Source of the DNA: Macrostomum lignano
Taxonomy: Eukaryota
Direction: 5' to 3'
Assembly: GCA_002269645.1 (NCBI GenBank)
Contig: NIVC01000630.1
Location: forward strand, 186,001-250,000
DNA: 64,000 bases
Shown here: in pieces, positions 50,650 through 63,832 of the stretch
How positions within the stretch are numbered: position 1 is the stretch's first letter
Layout: every line of letters begins with the position of its first letter
Position numbers and translations under genes: made by a program
Notes under the pieces: model-generated
The model's input: the letters and a program-made list of their open reading frames with translations, nothing else
The model's database searches: none
What the model was told of the DNA's origin: nothing

Positions 50650-53182
50650 TCACTCTTTAAATCTCAACTGCTGACTGTCTTTTCTAAGCGTGGTCGACGA
50701 ATCGCTATCGATGAACTCCAAGTCGCTTGACAGCCTACGGCGCAGCGTCAAGTCGATGGGCGGCTGGCAGCCATCGGGCAGCTCGTTGCCACCGTAATTT
50801 CCGTGGCTGTACAGCAGCGGAGACAGCATCGCGTCGAACTCGTCTTCGTTGGCGTCTTCAGCCTCTTCCACAAGTGCCGGCGCGTCTCGTATTTCGTTGC
50901 TACCTGCCGCCGCTGCCGCTGCCGCCGCCGCCGCTGCTGCTCCGTGCTGGTTAGAGCGACGCTCGCTTTGAGCACCCGCTGTTGAACAATAGCCATTAGC
51001 TGTAAGTTGTTCGAGTCAGTTTGTTAGCTAGTTAATGGGCAGAATCAAGGCAGAACCCCTGAGCACGAGCACACACACAGATAGGCACGCATACACAGGT
51101 TCTCGCGGGATTTACAGCGGCCCTGACTTTATTATCTGACTTGACTAAATGGCTCACACAGAAGCCGGTTTCTAAAGGCATATGGAACCACGATTACTAC
51201 TTTGTCCTGGAATTAAAATGTGTCAGAGGTGCCAAGTAGGTGTCAGATGCGTCAGAGCGCATAGTCCAGGATATAAGCTGCATGAACCTTTGAATAACAA
51301 CCCCACGCTTTTGCAGACCAAGAACTTGGCTCACCAGACAGATTTCGAAGCTTCTTTCTGCCGCAGGTCATCAAATAAATAGCGTGCGCTCTGAAGTGCT
51401 TGTTCAAGCCGAAGTAGATAAAAAAGTTGCAACTGTAGCACAGCAGGTTGGGCAGATTGGCCACCAGACGGTACAGCCGGTAAACCAGGCACTGGTCTAG
51501 GCCGCAGCCGCACAGGTACCGAAGAGGGAACAGGTTGTGAAACGCGAACGTCCACGGAATCTGGCCCAGCAGCACCAGGCAGATGACCACAATTAGCATG
51601 GCTGTTAGTCGTCGCTGAGCCATCTGGCGTCGAACGCTGACGCTTGGACGCTTTATCGGCGTTGTCAACGTTGCCGACATTGACGTGCTGCTGTCCTCGC
51701 CGGCGCCCCAGCGGCTGCGATTTCCGGTTCCGGCGCCTCCGCCGCCGCCGGAACTAGTGGAATATTTCTTCATCCGCCTAGACTGCCTTCGCAGCACCCA
51801 TATTAGGCAGAGATTAGCCACGGCCAGAAAGATTAGCGAGACGAATTGGCTGACAATGGCACGCGACCAGGTGGCCACCTCGTACCAGGGGCTGTAGAAG
51901 AATTCCAGTCGTTCGGCCTCTACGTAGCTTCGATTTTTACTCTCGTCGTACCCGTAACGAGCTCGGAAGCCGAAAAATGAGTACAGGTTAATAACAGTCG
52001 ATGCTCCGACGATTCCGACTGTGATTAGAATGGCGTTGAACGAGGTGCAACGAGTCTTAGAGATGTTATAGTGACTCATCGAGATGTATCTTTCTAAGGC
52101 TAGGCACACAGTTAGCCAAATGCTGGCGGTCTCCGTGATACTGTTCAACGGGCTGAGTCCGTTGGCCAACAGGAAGTACATGAGCAGCTTGGTCTGGCGG
52201 ATCGCTTCAGAGCCCCGAGGCTTCCTGGAATGTTGATGCGTTGAGTCAGAAAAATAAGGGAGAGATTATATATTAGGACTAATATTTACATTAGGGAGAT
52301 TATTCGGACTAATATTTACATTAGGGAGATTATTCGGACTAATATTTACATTAGGAAAATTATTAGGACTGTACTGGTCATTGGGGAAATTCGAAGTGAC
52401 AAGCATGCAACTTTGAATGCAATCATTGACGCCCAACCTAATTGAGCTTGTTTGACCCAGCAATTTAGTACACGACTTTTAAGCTTTAGGTTCTTTTAGA
52501 GTAAACAATTTGATTTATTTAGTCAAAAGAATTACAAAAAAACTCTTGTTAAAAGCACTTTGAGAAAGCTTTTTGAGTTAATTTAGTCAGGAAACATTAA
52601 GCTCACAATGCATTCATTTAGGCTCAACATGGATTTAGCGACTCAAAGGTCAGCTATTGATACTCTTGAAAATTGCCAAGACTGTTATTTGAGACCGCGC
52701 TGAGTTCGACGACTCTAATTAACGGACGGGTCAGCTTTGAGTAGCCGAAAGGGGTGTGTCTCCCAATTAAGTAAAAGCACGACTAGCGTGTCTTATGGAG
52801 AGTGGGTTCGGTAATATGGGATTAGATAGAGTGGGATTAGGTAATAGTGGGATTAGTAATGGGATTAATGCGGTCTTACCGAGAAAAATCAATAACGCCA
52901 TAGAAACAAAAGTGCTCACTTTCTCACTGCCTGAACGAAGCACTCTGGAGCCTTAAGCAGCAAAGTGAGAATGTCAAACAAGGCCAGGGCTGTCATGAAC
53001 ACGAACGGCGCCCCTTTGAACTCTTTGCCAGCAAAAAATACCGCCATGGTGATTGCGTTCAAACCCAGGCCGGCAAAACAGATGGCGAGTTGGGTGAGAT
53101 AGGCTGGGTGCTCCACCGTGATGGAGAAGAGCTCGACTGAATCGCATGAGATGTTGTTTGTAGCGGACTCATTGGCTTGCAT
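50650..53182 (-). CDS. Class A (rhodopsin-like) peptide-receptor-type GPCR, about 500 aa
   Basis: Exons 53182-52920, 52224-51335 and 50999-50650 are phase-consistent (2/1). N-terminal sequons NES and NIS, seven hydrophobic segments, ERY after TM3 and NFFIY in TM7. This signature is typical of FMRFamide/myosuppressin/sex-peptide-receptor-like families. Confidence 0.88.
52268..52370. repeat. 30-bp tandem repeat, 3 copies (GPCR intron)
   Basis: aatatttacattagggagattattcggact. Confidence 0.85.
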
Positions 53183-53366
53183 CTTTGCTTCGAGGCTGTT
53201 GAAATTCCTGCCGCTGTGAGGAATGCTCTTCTGCTGAAAGGTCAATTAATGATTAGCTTATGATATGATTTATTTATTGGGATTATATTCTGATTTCCAC
53301 TTTGGAGTCATATCTGATTTCTACTTTGTCGCTCTATCGGAGTTTTACTTTGGAATTCTATCTGAT

Positions 53367-53831
53367 CATTAGAGCTGGAACGGTGTCTCATTAGAGCTGG
53401 AACAGTGTCTCATTAGAGCTGGAACGGTGTCTCATTAGAGCTGGAACAGTGTCTCATTAGAGCTGGAACGGTGTCTCATTAGAGCTGGAACAGTGTCTCA
53501 TTAGAGCTGGAACAGTGTCTCATTAGAGCTGGAACAGTGTCTCATTAGAGCTGGAACAGTGTCTCATTAGAGCTGGAACAGTGTCTCATTAGAGCTGGAA
53601 CAGTGTCTCATTAGAGCTGGAACAGTGTCTCATTAGAGCTGGAACAGTGTCTCATTAGAGCTGGAACAGTGTCTCATTAGAGCTGGAACAGTGTCTCATT
53701 AGAGCTGGAACAGTGTCTCATTAGAGCTGGAACAGTGTCTCATTAGAGCTGGAACAGTGTCTCATTAGAGCTGGAACAGTGTCTCATTAGAGCTGGAACA
53801 GTGTCTCATTAGAGCTGGAACAGTGTCTCAT
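53367..53831. repeat. 22-bp minisatellite, about 21 nearly identical copies
   Basis: cattagagctggaacagtgtct. Confidence 0.97.
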
Positions 53832-54424
53832 TTAACGAGCCCTAGTGCTCTTCACATTTTGCATTTGCACTTTCGTTTTAACCAACTACAGAGGTTGATT
53901 CCGAATCGCAGACGCCCATACAATTAATAACTCAGTGGCTTTATTATTTTATTACCCTTGAACGAACCAAAATGCCGAGCATCAGCTCCAACTTCATCCC
54001 TTCATTTCCTGATACGAAACGACTCCCTCGATCCCCGTCCCCCGGTTCAATCGTCGGGCCAATTCTTCTGCAATCTCTCCATATTTCTTAAAAATGAATT
54101 ATTTATAATGCTGGCCGTTGGCCCGAGGGCACACATTTGTCCCTACTCCTGTCCACGAGACCCTCGCTATAATCCGTCTCTATCGTTCGACGAGTATTTC
54201 TTCCATTTTCTTCTCAAGTTTGGGGAACACAGGGCTAGAAATATGCTAGCAGAGGCTATCAAAGTTTTTTGTTAAGAACTAACACTGCAAGCAAGAGTGT
54301 ATTTTTTTACGTGCGAGTACTTTAAGCGGTAAAGTTTCGTATTGAGAGTCTGAGCACATATAGTATGCTAATGTAAGCCTGAGTCTTTTGAAAAGTTAAT
54401 AAACTTTGTCAGTTGAGGAAAATG

Positions 54425-54650
54425 CGCGAGTGGATGAGAGGGATCGTGGAGAGAGATGTTGGAGTGGAAGGAGGAAGAGAGGAGAAAGGAGAGAGCAGAA
54501 GGGAGAGAGGAGAAGAGGAGAGAGAAGAGAGGAGAGGAGAGATGAGGGAGGAGTGAGAAGAGGAGAGAGAAGAGAGGAGTCGAGAGAGGAGAGAAAGGAG
54601 AAAGGAGAGAGGAGGCGATGCAGTAGGGCACACAGGGGAGGAGACGAAAG
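54425..54650. repeat. GA-rich low-complexity tract
   Basis: Direct reading. Confidence 0.85.
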
Positions 54651-55165
54651 ATAGCAAAAGGTAAATAGGAGAAATCATATCAAAATCCTAATTGCTTCAA
54701 ACTCTATCTAGCCAAACTCTGACTGAGGCCGGATTCAAGCCAAAAATAAAACAGCAGACACTTCTCATGTCACCCTTAGTCAAACAAGTCTTAACGGGTA
54801 GGCAGCTTCATTTGTTAATTGGCAATTTTCTTTTGTAAACCGAGCCCCTGCTACACTTTTCCACTCTTCAGAGTCCTGGCGCATTTTGCAGCTGCTGCGA
54901 GCTGAAGCGTCGATGAGACATGGGCATGTCACGTTTTTGATGGAACAAATCACAGCTGGAGTGAGGAGTAACTCGAGAGGGAGGAAAGAAGCTGATGCAA
55001 TCCCAGATAACTCTTGAAGGAGATATTGAAATCGAGATATAGACTGGATTTGTGCGCCTCTAGCCCATCCAGCAAGCGCTGTTTTAGTGATAGCCCTTTG
55101 CAGTATTATTTGGGGGAAATATTTTAGAAACTGGCACGATCGACGACTGCAGTCGTCGAGGCGCA

Positions 55166-55712
55166 CAGACACACAGATGCTAAAGTAGACGAACAGTCAG
55201 ACAAACAGATGCTAAAGTAGACGGACAGTCAGACAAACAGATGCTAAAGTAGACGGACAGTCAGACAAACAGATGCTAAAGTAGACGGACAGTCAGACAA
55301 ACAGATGCTAAAGTAGACGGACAGTCAGACAAACAGATGCTAAAGTAGACGGACAGTCAGACAAACAGATGCTAAAGTAGACGGACAGTCAGACAAACAG
55401 ATGCTAAAGTAGACGGACAGTCAGACAAACAGATGCTAAAGTAGACGGACAGTCAGACACACAGATGCTAAAGTAGACGGACAGTCAGACACACAAATGC
55501 TAAAATAGACGGACAGTCAGACACACAGATGCTAAAGTAGACGGACAGTCAGACACACAGATGCTAAAGTAGACGGACAGTCAGACACACAGATGCTAAA
55601 GTAGACGGACAGTCAGACACACAGATGCTAAAATAGACGGACAGTCAGACACACAGATGCTAAAATAGACGGACAGTCAGACACACAGATGCTAAAATAG
55701 ACGGACAGTCAG
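55166..55712. repeat. 32-bp minisatellite, about 17 copies
   Basis: cagatgctaaagtagacggacagtcagaca(a/c)a. Confidence 0.95.
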
Positions 55713-55772
55713 CCTAGTGGCGTGAGCAGGAACTTTAATTGGAGGCGCTGCAACCGTTGCGGTGGGTCTTGG

Positions 55773-56210
55773 TAGGCGCCCCTGTCTCTTGTTGGGCGCC
55801 CCTGTCTCTTGGTATTCGCCCATGTCTCTTGTTGGGCGCCCCTGTCTCTTGTTGGGCACCCCTGTCTCTTGGTATTCGCCCATGTCTCTTGTTGGGCGCC
55901 CCTGTCTCTTGTTGGGCGCCCCTGTCTCTTGGTATTCGCCCATGTCTCTTGTTGGGCGCCCCTGTCTCTTGGTAGGCGCCCCTGTCTCTTGGTATTCGCC
56001 CCCGTCTCTTGGTAGGCGCCCCTGTCTCTTGGTATTCGCCCCTGTCTCTTGGTAGGCGCCCCTGTCTCTTGGTATTCGCCGCTGTCTCTTGGTATTCGCC
56101 CCTGTCTCTTGGTATTCGCCCCTGTCTCTTGGTAGGCGCCCCTGTCTCTTGGTAGGCGCCCCTGTCTCTTGGTAGGCGCCCCTGTCTCTTGGTAGGCGCC
56201 CCTGTCTCTT
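55773..56210. repeat. 20-bp minisatellite with partial 60-bp higher-order period
   Basis: (gg/tt)cgcccctgtctcttg(gta/ttg). Confidence 0.92.
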
Positions 56211-56269
56211 GATGGCTATAGAGACAGAAGCTAAGCTTCTGTCATTCGACGAGCTTGATTACCTCCTTA

Positions 56270-56335
56270 ATTCGTTAATCGAACCCCCGACCTTCCAGTC
56301 GTAAGTCCGACGCCCTAACCACTAGACTGTAATGT
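56270..56335 (-). mobile_element. tRNA-derived SINE head or tRNA pseudogene
   Basis: Minus strand reads cagtctagtggttagggcgtcggacttacgactggaaggtcgggggttcgatt, with an A-box (tagtggtta) and B-box (ggttcgatt). No acceptor stem could be closed. Confidence 0.55.
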
Positions 56336-57871
56336 TGTACGGTATAAGTACAATTGCGGCAGTACAATCGGAGCACAAGTGCATAACACTGAAACCGCCC
56401 CTCGTTCCCCTCGGTCTTGTCACTCGCACCCTCTCTAAGTCGCCATGCCGGCTCTACTTCTCATTTCTTCTGAGAACAGCTTCTATAAAATAGAAGAGAG
56501 ATATTCTGGGTAGAAAAGGGAAGTCACGTGCTACTACTCGCTCGCCGTCTCTTTGCTTCAGGCTTCTGACGACTGTCTACTTGGGAGACTCGCTCGTCTC
56601 TACCTGAAGTGTTCGCACAGGGTTGGTTGATGGTCTTACAGAAATAAGAGAGTCAGATATATGGGGAAACAGAAGCGTTAGAACTTCTTCGGTGTATAAA
56701 ACTTACTGTCTCACTATATTCGAATCCTGAGCTCTGCTCTCGACATATCGTATACCGACTCTGGACCCGTCAATAAGTTTAATATATAGTATTTTTTCGA
56801 TGATATGAGGGCTTTTTTGAGTAAGCTCACTTTGGAGCAGTTTCTGCGATAGGAATTGTGGGTTAGGAGAGAGAGAGAGACACGGATGTTTGTCCAGGCG
56901 GCGCTGGGAGCGGGGATCATCAAACGGGGCTTGATGATTCGAGTGTTTCAGAGCAGCAGAAAAACAGTAGCGGCTGTTGGATGAGCCAATCTAAAGTCAA
57001 CACCGACTGGTCAGCGCTGCTCAGATAACTATCTGCAGGGGATGTTCGGAGCCTTCAGCTGGCCTATATTGGAAGGATACGTGAATTAGAACCATCCGTT
57101 TGTCATAGACTGGTACCATGGGCAACTGAAGTTTTGATAGAAGGGCGCTAAACTCGATTTTTTTTAAATGAGCTAAAGTCAGGTTTGGAACACGCAGCTC
57201 TTATTCGTCTTATCCGCTGATGCATTTAGTTACTAGTATGCCCTCGAGAAGTCGGATTTTTCTCGACAATACGGCAATTAAATATACGTACCGACGTATC
57301 GACTCACTTCTACGAGCGTAAGAAATTCGAGGTTTAGCGGCCTTCTACTTCAGAAATACATTGATGGTATATCGTGGACTGTCTCTCTGATTCATTTTTA
57401 GTATATAGGACTAGCAATCTGCGCCCCCCTCTGGGGAGGCAACAAAGAAAAGAATAAATTTTTTTCAATCAATCAAGGTTTCGAAACTTTACAGTCACTA
57501 TTGTTGATATCTTAAGTAAAATGATGTTACAAGTTAAAAAGCATCAGCCAGCTATATATAAAGTCTAAGATATCAGCATCCCCTGTGTGTTTTGTCCGAG
57601 GTGCACTCACGAGAAGTTGAGACATTGCGAGCTTCAGTTGTCCGGCGACACATGCCGCACTTTTATATAGTCGTACTTCTATAAGGACGAATCGTTTAAT
57701 ATAAAGTTCAGATTCCTCCAATGAACTACTTTGTTGAGTTTTCTGGCATCTTCTTGCTAATAAATTAGATTAGGTCAAAATTGCCTCGAAGATGAGCTTC
57801 TTCATTATGAAATTGCATTTGACCCATCGGTTTGAGCTGTTGATATTTATACGAGCTAGACTTTTCTGTCT

Positions 57872-58406
57872 GGTAGAGGCGGATCCTTGACAGACACACA
57901 GGTCTAGTAGAGGCGGATCCTTGACAGACACACAGGTCTAGTAGAGGCGGATCCTTGACAGACACACAGGTCTAGTAGAGGCGGATTCTTGACAGACACA
58001 CAGGTCTAGTAGAGGCGGATCCTTAACAGACACAGGTCTAGTAGAGGCGGATCCTTGACAGACACATAGGTCTGTTGGAGGCGGATCCTTGACAGACACA
58101 CAGGTCTAGTAGAGGTGGATTCTTGACAGACACACAGGTCTAGTAGAGGCGGATCCTTGACAGACACATAGGTCTGTTGGAGGCGGATCCTTGACAGACA
58201 CACAGGTCTAGTAGAGGTGGATTCTTGACAGACACACAGGTCTAGTAGAGGTGGATTCTTGACAGACACACAGGTCTAGTAGAGGCGGATTCTTAACAGA
58301 CACACAGGTCTAGTAGAGGCGGATCCTTAACAGACACACAGTTCTGTTAGAGGCAGATCCTTGACAGACACACAGTTCTGTTAGAGGCGGATCCTTAACA
58401 GACACG
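57872..58406. repeat. 34-bp minisatellite, about 16 copies
   Basis: tctagtagaggcggatccttgacagacacacagg. Confidence 0.93.
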
Positions 58407-58956
58407 GAGCTTACGAAAAGGAAACCATATAGCGTTTAATTAATAACTGTTCAGCAATATTTCATCGAAAATCCAGCATTTCAGAAAGTCGGCGGCACCT
58501 TCCTTATCTTTCACTTGCACTGGAAGATGCAGCAGATTTCTTCTTTATTCCTAACCCCGCGATTTTTCACCTGCAGCTTGCTTAGCTACCTTGGCCAATC
58601 TCTGCATTATGTACGAAGAAATTAGAAAAAAAATCAATAGCTTCGTGTTCCCGGTTTCCAGTTGCGCGCAGCTTAACGTGGGCCGCACGTGCAAAATGGG
58701 GCAACTATGAAGCAAAAAATAACAGTTTTGAAGATATATAACGATTCACTAGCAGACTAATCTGTCATAGCTAATATGTACGAAATCCTTCTTCAGTCTG
58801 TTGCCTCTGCAAGGGCTGACAGCCATCCTAGTATGCGGAGACAGTGACAGATCACTTACTACTGCCAATAAGTATGTGCCCGTTAAGTGCCTTAGCAACT
58901 ATGCGAAATTCTTCTGCATCTGGGCTCTGTGGCTTTGTTGTAACTGTGTTTTAGTA

Positions 58957-60220
58957 ACTCAGTGTGACATTGTTCTCTATCGCCTCTATCCTCAGTGTGA
59001 CCTTGTTCTCTATCGTCTCTATCCTCAGTGTGACCTTGTTCTCTATCGCCTCTATCCTCAGTGTGACATTGTTCTCTATCGCCTCTATCCTCAGTGTGAC
59101 CTTGTTCTCTATCGCCTCTAACTTCAGTGTGACATTGTTCTCTATCGCCTCTAACTTCAGTGTGACATTGTTCTCTATCGCCTCTATCCTCAGTGTGACC
59201 TTGTTCTCTATCGCCTCTATCCTCAGTGTGACCTTGTTCTCTATCGCCTCTATCCTCAGTGTGACATTGTTCTCTATCGCCTCTATCCTCAGTGTGACCT
59301 TGTTCTCTATCGCCTCTATCCTCAGTGTGACATTGTTCTCTATCGCCTCTATCCTCAGTGTGACCTTGCTCTCTATCGTCTCTATCCTCAGTGTGACCTT
59401 GCTCTCTATCGCCTCTATCCTCAGTGTGACCTTGTTCTCTATCGCCTCTATCCTCAGTGTGACCTTGTTCTCTATCGCCTCTATCCTCAGTGTGACCTTG
59501 TTCTCTATCGCCTCTATCCTCAGTGTGACATTGTTCTCTATCGCCTCTATCCTCAGTGTGACCTTGCTCTCTATCGCCTCTATCCTCAGTGTGACATTGT
59601 TCTCTATCGCCTCTATCCTCAGTGTGACCTTGTTCTCTATCGCCTCTATCCTCAGTGTGACCTTGCTCTCTATCGCCTCTATCCTCAGTGTGACCTTGCT
59701 CTCTATCGCCTCTATCCTCAGTGTGACATTGTTCTCTATCGCCTCTATCCTCAGTGTGACCTTGCTCTCTATCGCCTCTATCCTCAGTGTGACCTTGCTC
59801 TCTATCGCCTCTATCCTCAGTGTGACATTGTTCTCTATCGCCTCTATCCTCAGTGTGACCTTGCTCTCTATCGCCTCTATCCTCAGTGTGACCTTGCTCT
59901 CTATCGCCTCTATCCTCAGTGTGACCTTGCTCTCTATCGCCTCTATCCTCAGTGTGACATTGTTCTCTATCGCCTCTATCCTCAGTGTGACCTTGCTCTC
60001 TATCGCCTCTATCCTCAGTGTGACATTGTTCTCTATCGCCTCTATCCTCAGTGTGACCTTGCTCTCTATCGCCTCTATCCTCAGTGTGACATTGTTCTCT
60101 ATCGCCTCTATCCTCAGTGTGACCTTGTTCTCTATCGCCTCTATCCTCAGTGTGACATTGTTCTCTATCGCCTCTATCCTCAGTGTGACCTTGTTCTCTA
60201 TCGCCTCTAACTTCAGTGTG
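58957..60220. repeat. 33-bp minisatellite, about 38 copies
   Basis: cctcagtgtgac(c/a)ttg(t/c)tctctatcgcctctat. Confidence 0.97.
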
Positions 60221-60791
60221 ACTTGGATGCCTATGGACTCTATCTTAAATCGTAAACAGCTCGCTTACCTATAAATTTCTGCAACCAAAACTGCAGGATT
60301 TGATCAGAACTATACCTTGATAATTTGGCTTCTAGTTGATAATGGATCGTAACTTGAGCTGTACGCTCGTAAGCCAAAACTGATGCAGATTATTTGGTCC
60401 CTCCCATTGTGCAAAATCTTTTCGATGCTTTTTTATTTGCACTTGCTGAATTATAAACGCTTACGCGTAAAGTTCATTCAGTCACTGACTAGCTTGCGGC
60501 CTAGTTGTAAAATTTGCTATTTTGGCCTGGACCCGGACGCTCTGTGAGAGAGGTTTTATCGGCCGGGCAAGCCTAACCAAGCAGAGGCTAACGATCTTGT
60601 ATGAACCGCTCGTTTTCTTTCTATCTGGCGGCGTCTCATGAGCGCGCGCGAGCGGCCTTTGGACAGAAAATTTATGGCTTTGGTACTGAAAGCCCCCCAT
60701 TGCTGGTAGTCAGGGGCACTTCTGGGAAAGTCAATAAATAGCTTAAATAAGGATACGGGTTGTGGTCAGATCGAGGGGCTGCACTGTTCCC

Positions 60792-61365
<574 letters not shown>

Positions 61366-61819
61366 GTGTATAAAAATGGATCATGAAATATCATCTCCTC
61401 AGACTTACTGTATGTATTAGAAGTGTTGAAGGGTTCGAACAGCGTTCCGCTTACTGAGACGCGAAAACTTCAAGAAGAACTGAAATGCAACTTGCAGTAT
61501 GGGTCCTGCTGCTTCAGTGGCCAGACTTTTATATTTCCTGCATTCTTTTCTAAGCGGCCAGCTCAGAATTTTGTGTGGCTTCCTGCAAAGCTGCCGTCAT
61601 TGGCTGGGCGGCGTCAAGCAATACCCAATGTGCTTCTTTAGCTAAGGCCAGAAATTTTGACTGCTAATGCGAATGCGACTTTTCGGATTGTAAAACTCTG
61701 CAGCATTTCTGTTGTCAGCATTAGTCGGTTTTAAGCTGAGTGCTTTTAATTTATGTTAGCAAAATCAAATCAAAATCAAAAATAAAAGATAAACGATTGA
61801 GGTTTTAAAAACTCATGAT

Positions 61820-61988
61820 TAGCACCAGGGGCTTTAGGACCAGGGGCTTTAGCACCAGGGGCTTTAGCAGCAGGGGTGCCAGCACCAGCACCAGGGGCGC
61901 CAGCATCAGGGGCGCCAGCACCAGGGGCGCCAGCACCAGGGGTGCCAGCACCAGCACCAGGGGCGCCAGCATCAGGGGCGCCAGCATC
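61820..61988. repeat. GC-rich repeat of about 15 bp
   Basis: agcaccaggggc(gcc/ttt). Confidence 0.8.
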
Positions 61989-62687
61989 CCGTACCAAGGT
62001 ACTCGTACTAAGTCCGCCAGTAACCTTAAGAACCAATGTCAATTGCATATAGGCAGTTAAGGCCTACATTAAGATTTTCCGGTTAGTAGGCCTATTGCTG
62101 AGGCCAATTACAATACAAACGTTTATTTTATCAGGACAAACTGCGCGAGTAATGCAACCTCATGGAATTTTTCTGCGCTTGGATCAGCTTGAAGTACAAT
62201 CGCCGAGAAACGTGTTTGAGTAAGTTTCAAGCTCGTTGAAAACTTTTTTACGACCAGTTGGAGAAAAATAATTGCGTCAATTCAGAAAACAATTTTCAAC
62301 AGCCGGCATTTACAGAGAACTATGGTTGCAGATTCAGTCAGTTGGGATTTAATTGTACTTGTTAAAGAAGCAAAAGCAGGGGGAAATGATGCTTCAAGAT
62401 AGATCATTTCCGTTCAAGAATATAGCATAGGAAAAAGTCAAAACTTTAATATTCGACAGACATGTACTACTCACAGTAGGGACATATCGAGTTTTTAGAT
62501 AGATTTAAGTGTACAAAAATGGATATGCAATGAAGAAATGGAGCACAAATTGAAAAATTAATTCTTGCACAATAAAACAAATATAAAACAGTCAGCATGA
62601 CAATTGAGGGCAAAATAACAAAAAATGCGCTTTTAAGAAATTGTAGATCCTATATTCTTAAATTTGGTAATCTTCAATATTTTTTAG

Positions 62688-63030
62688 TTGCCAACACAGA
62701 TACTAAAATATCTAGATGGGGCCACTCAGGCATACATGTATATACTTAGTAAAGCAGCTTTCTACTGTCTGTTCTGTAGCAAAGAAGAATGCATAAGCTA
62801 TTTTATATAAATAAAGGCAGATGAAATGACTGATAAGTTTAGAAGCCCAACCTTGCAGGCGTAAACGGCTTGCTAATTGGTTCAGCAATACCAGCTATGT
62901 ACATTGGCAAGTCCACTGAAATACGTTAAAATGCTTCTGTTTAACTTACTACTGAACTGAAAGTAGCTTACACGCAAATATGCTGAGTGGCCCATCTAGT
63001 TATTCTACGAGTAGTATCTGTGGTTGCCAA
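62688..63030. mobile_element. MITE family, copy 2 (shorter than 15733-16204)
   Basis: Same TIR and same internal blocks (aaagcagctttctact..., aacttactactgaactgaaagtagcttacacgcaaat) as copy 1. Confidence 0.75.
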
Positions 63031-63426
63031 TAACGCAATTATTGCGGAGCTGTTACACGAGAGACATGTAAGAACAACAAAGTACAATTGCCTAAATAAG
63101 AATACGAACATTAATAATTTATTGAATTAATTTCGATTGTTAACATTTTTATACGCTTCTTTGTAGTTAGAAATAATTAGTGTATAAGTCTAATTGTTTC
63201 TGGCCTCTTTGATGGTAAAAGATTGATTAACCTTCCGAACTTGTAAGATCTTTTCGTATTACTGCTTCCGGAATCGTTAAGAGTTTTCTCAGTTGACACG
63301 ACTATATTACGGTCTTTGAGTGCTTCTTGCTCCCCCACTGGGGGGTATTATGGCTAGTCTACCAATACTAAATCTCTAATATAATGCAATTGTAATATAC
63401 AATCCACTAATTATTACTGAAAGTAT

Positions 63427-63832
63427 TCACCTAAGACTACCCATCAGTGCGAAGCTAGCTACCGATAGAAACGCTACCGCAACAACAACGGTCGTATCAA
63501 TGCATCTCCTGTTGCCATGGCAACCGTTGCCAACGTTGCCCCCGGCTGCGGCCGAATAGGCGGGCGACGGCGCGCCGACTTGTCTGGGCGAGGCGTCCTC
63601 GCTGGAAGCGGCTCCGGCCTGCTGCACGCGCTGGTCGGCCATCAGGTCCGCCAGCGGCTCGTAGGACCTCCGCCGACACCAGTCGGGCATGAGCTGGCTG
63701 TAGTACTTCACCACCAGCATCACGATGGGATTGGGGCAGCGAAGTCGGTCGCGAAGCAGCTCGCGTTCTACGCAGTTCAGAAACTGCAGACGATCGCTGG
63801 GTGATGAAGGAGTGTCGGGGCATTGAGGGTAA
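63427..63832 (-). CDS. Last exon of an unidentified Cys-containing protein with a C-terminal hydrophobic (GPI/TM) tail
   Basis: GC-rich open frame ...DRLQFLNCVERELLRDRLRCPNPIVMLVVKYYSQLMPDWC...DTTVVVAVAFLSVASFALMGSLR*. Candidate acceptors give exon starts at 63832 or 63796. Upstream exons lie outside the window. Confidence 0.6.

Noticed and set aside
12148-60220. Regular 20-37-bp arrays as possible CRISPR arrays
   Set aside because: Units are head-to-tail with no unique spacers, there are no cas genes, and the context is eukaryotic and intronic.
61776-62060. Collagen/elastin-like GAPGAG ORF
   Set aside because: A short GC-rich tandem repeat in AT-rich flanks, with no strict Gly-X-Y register and no splice context.
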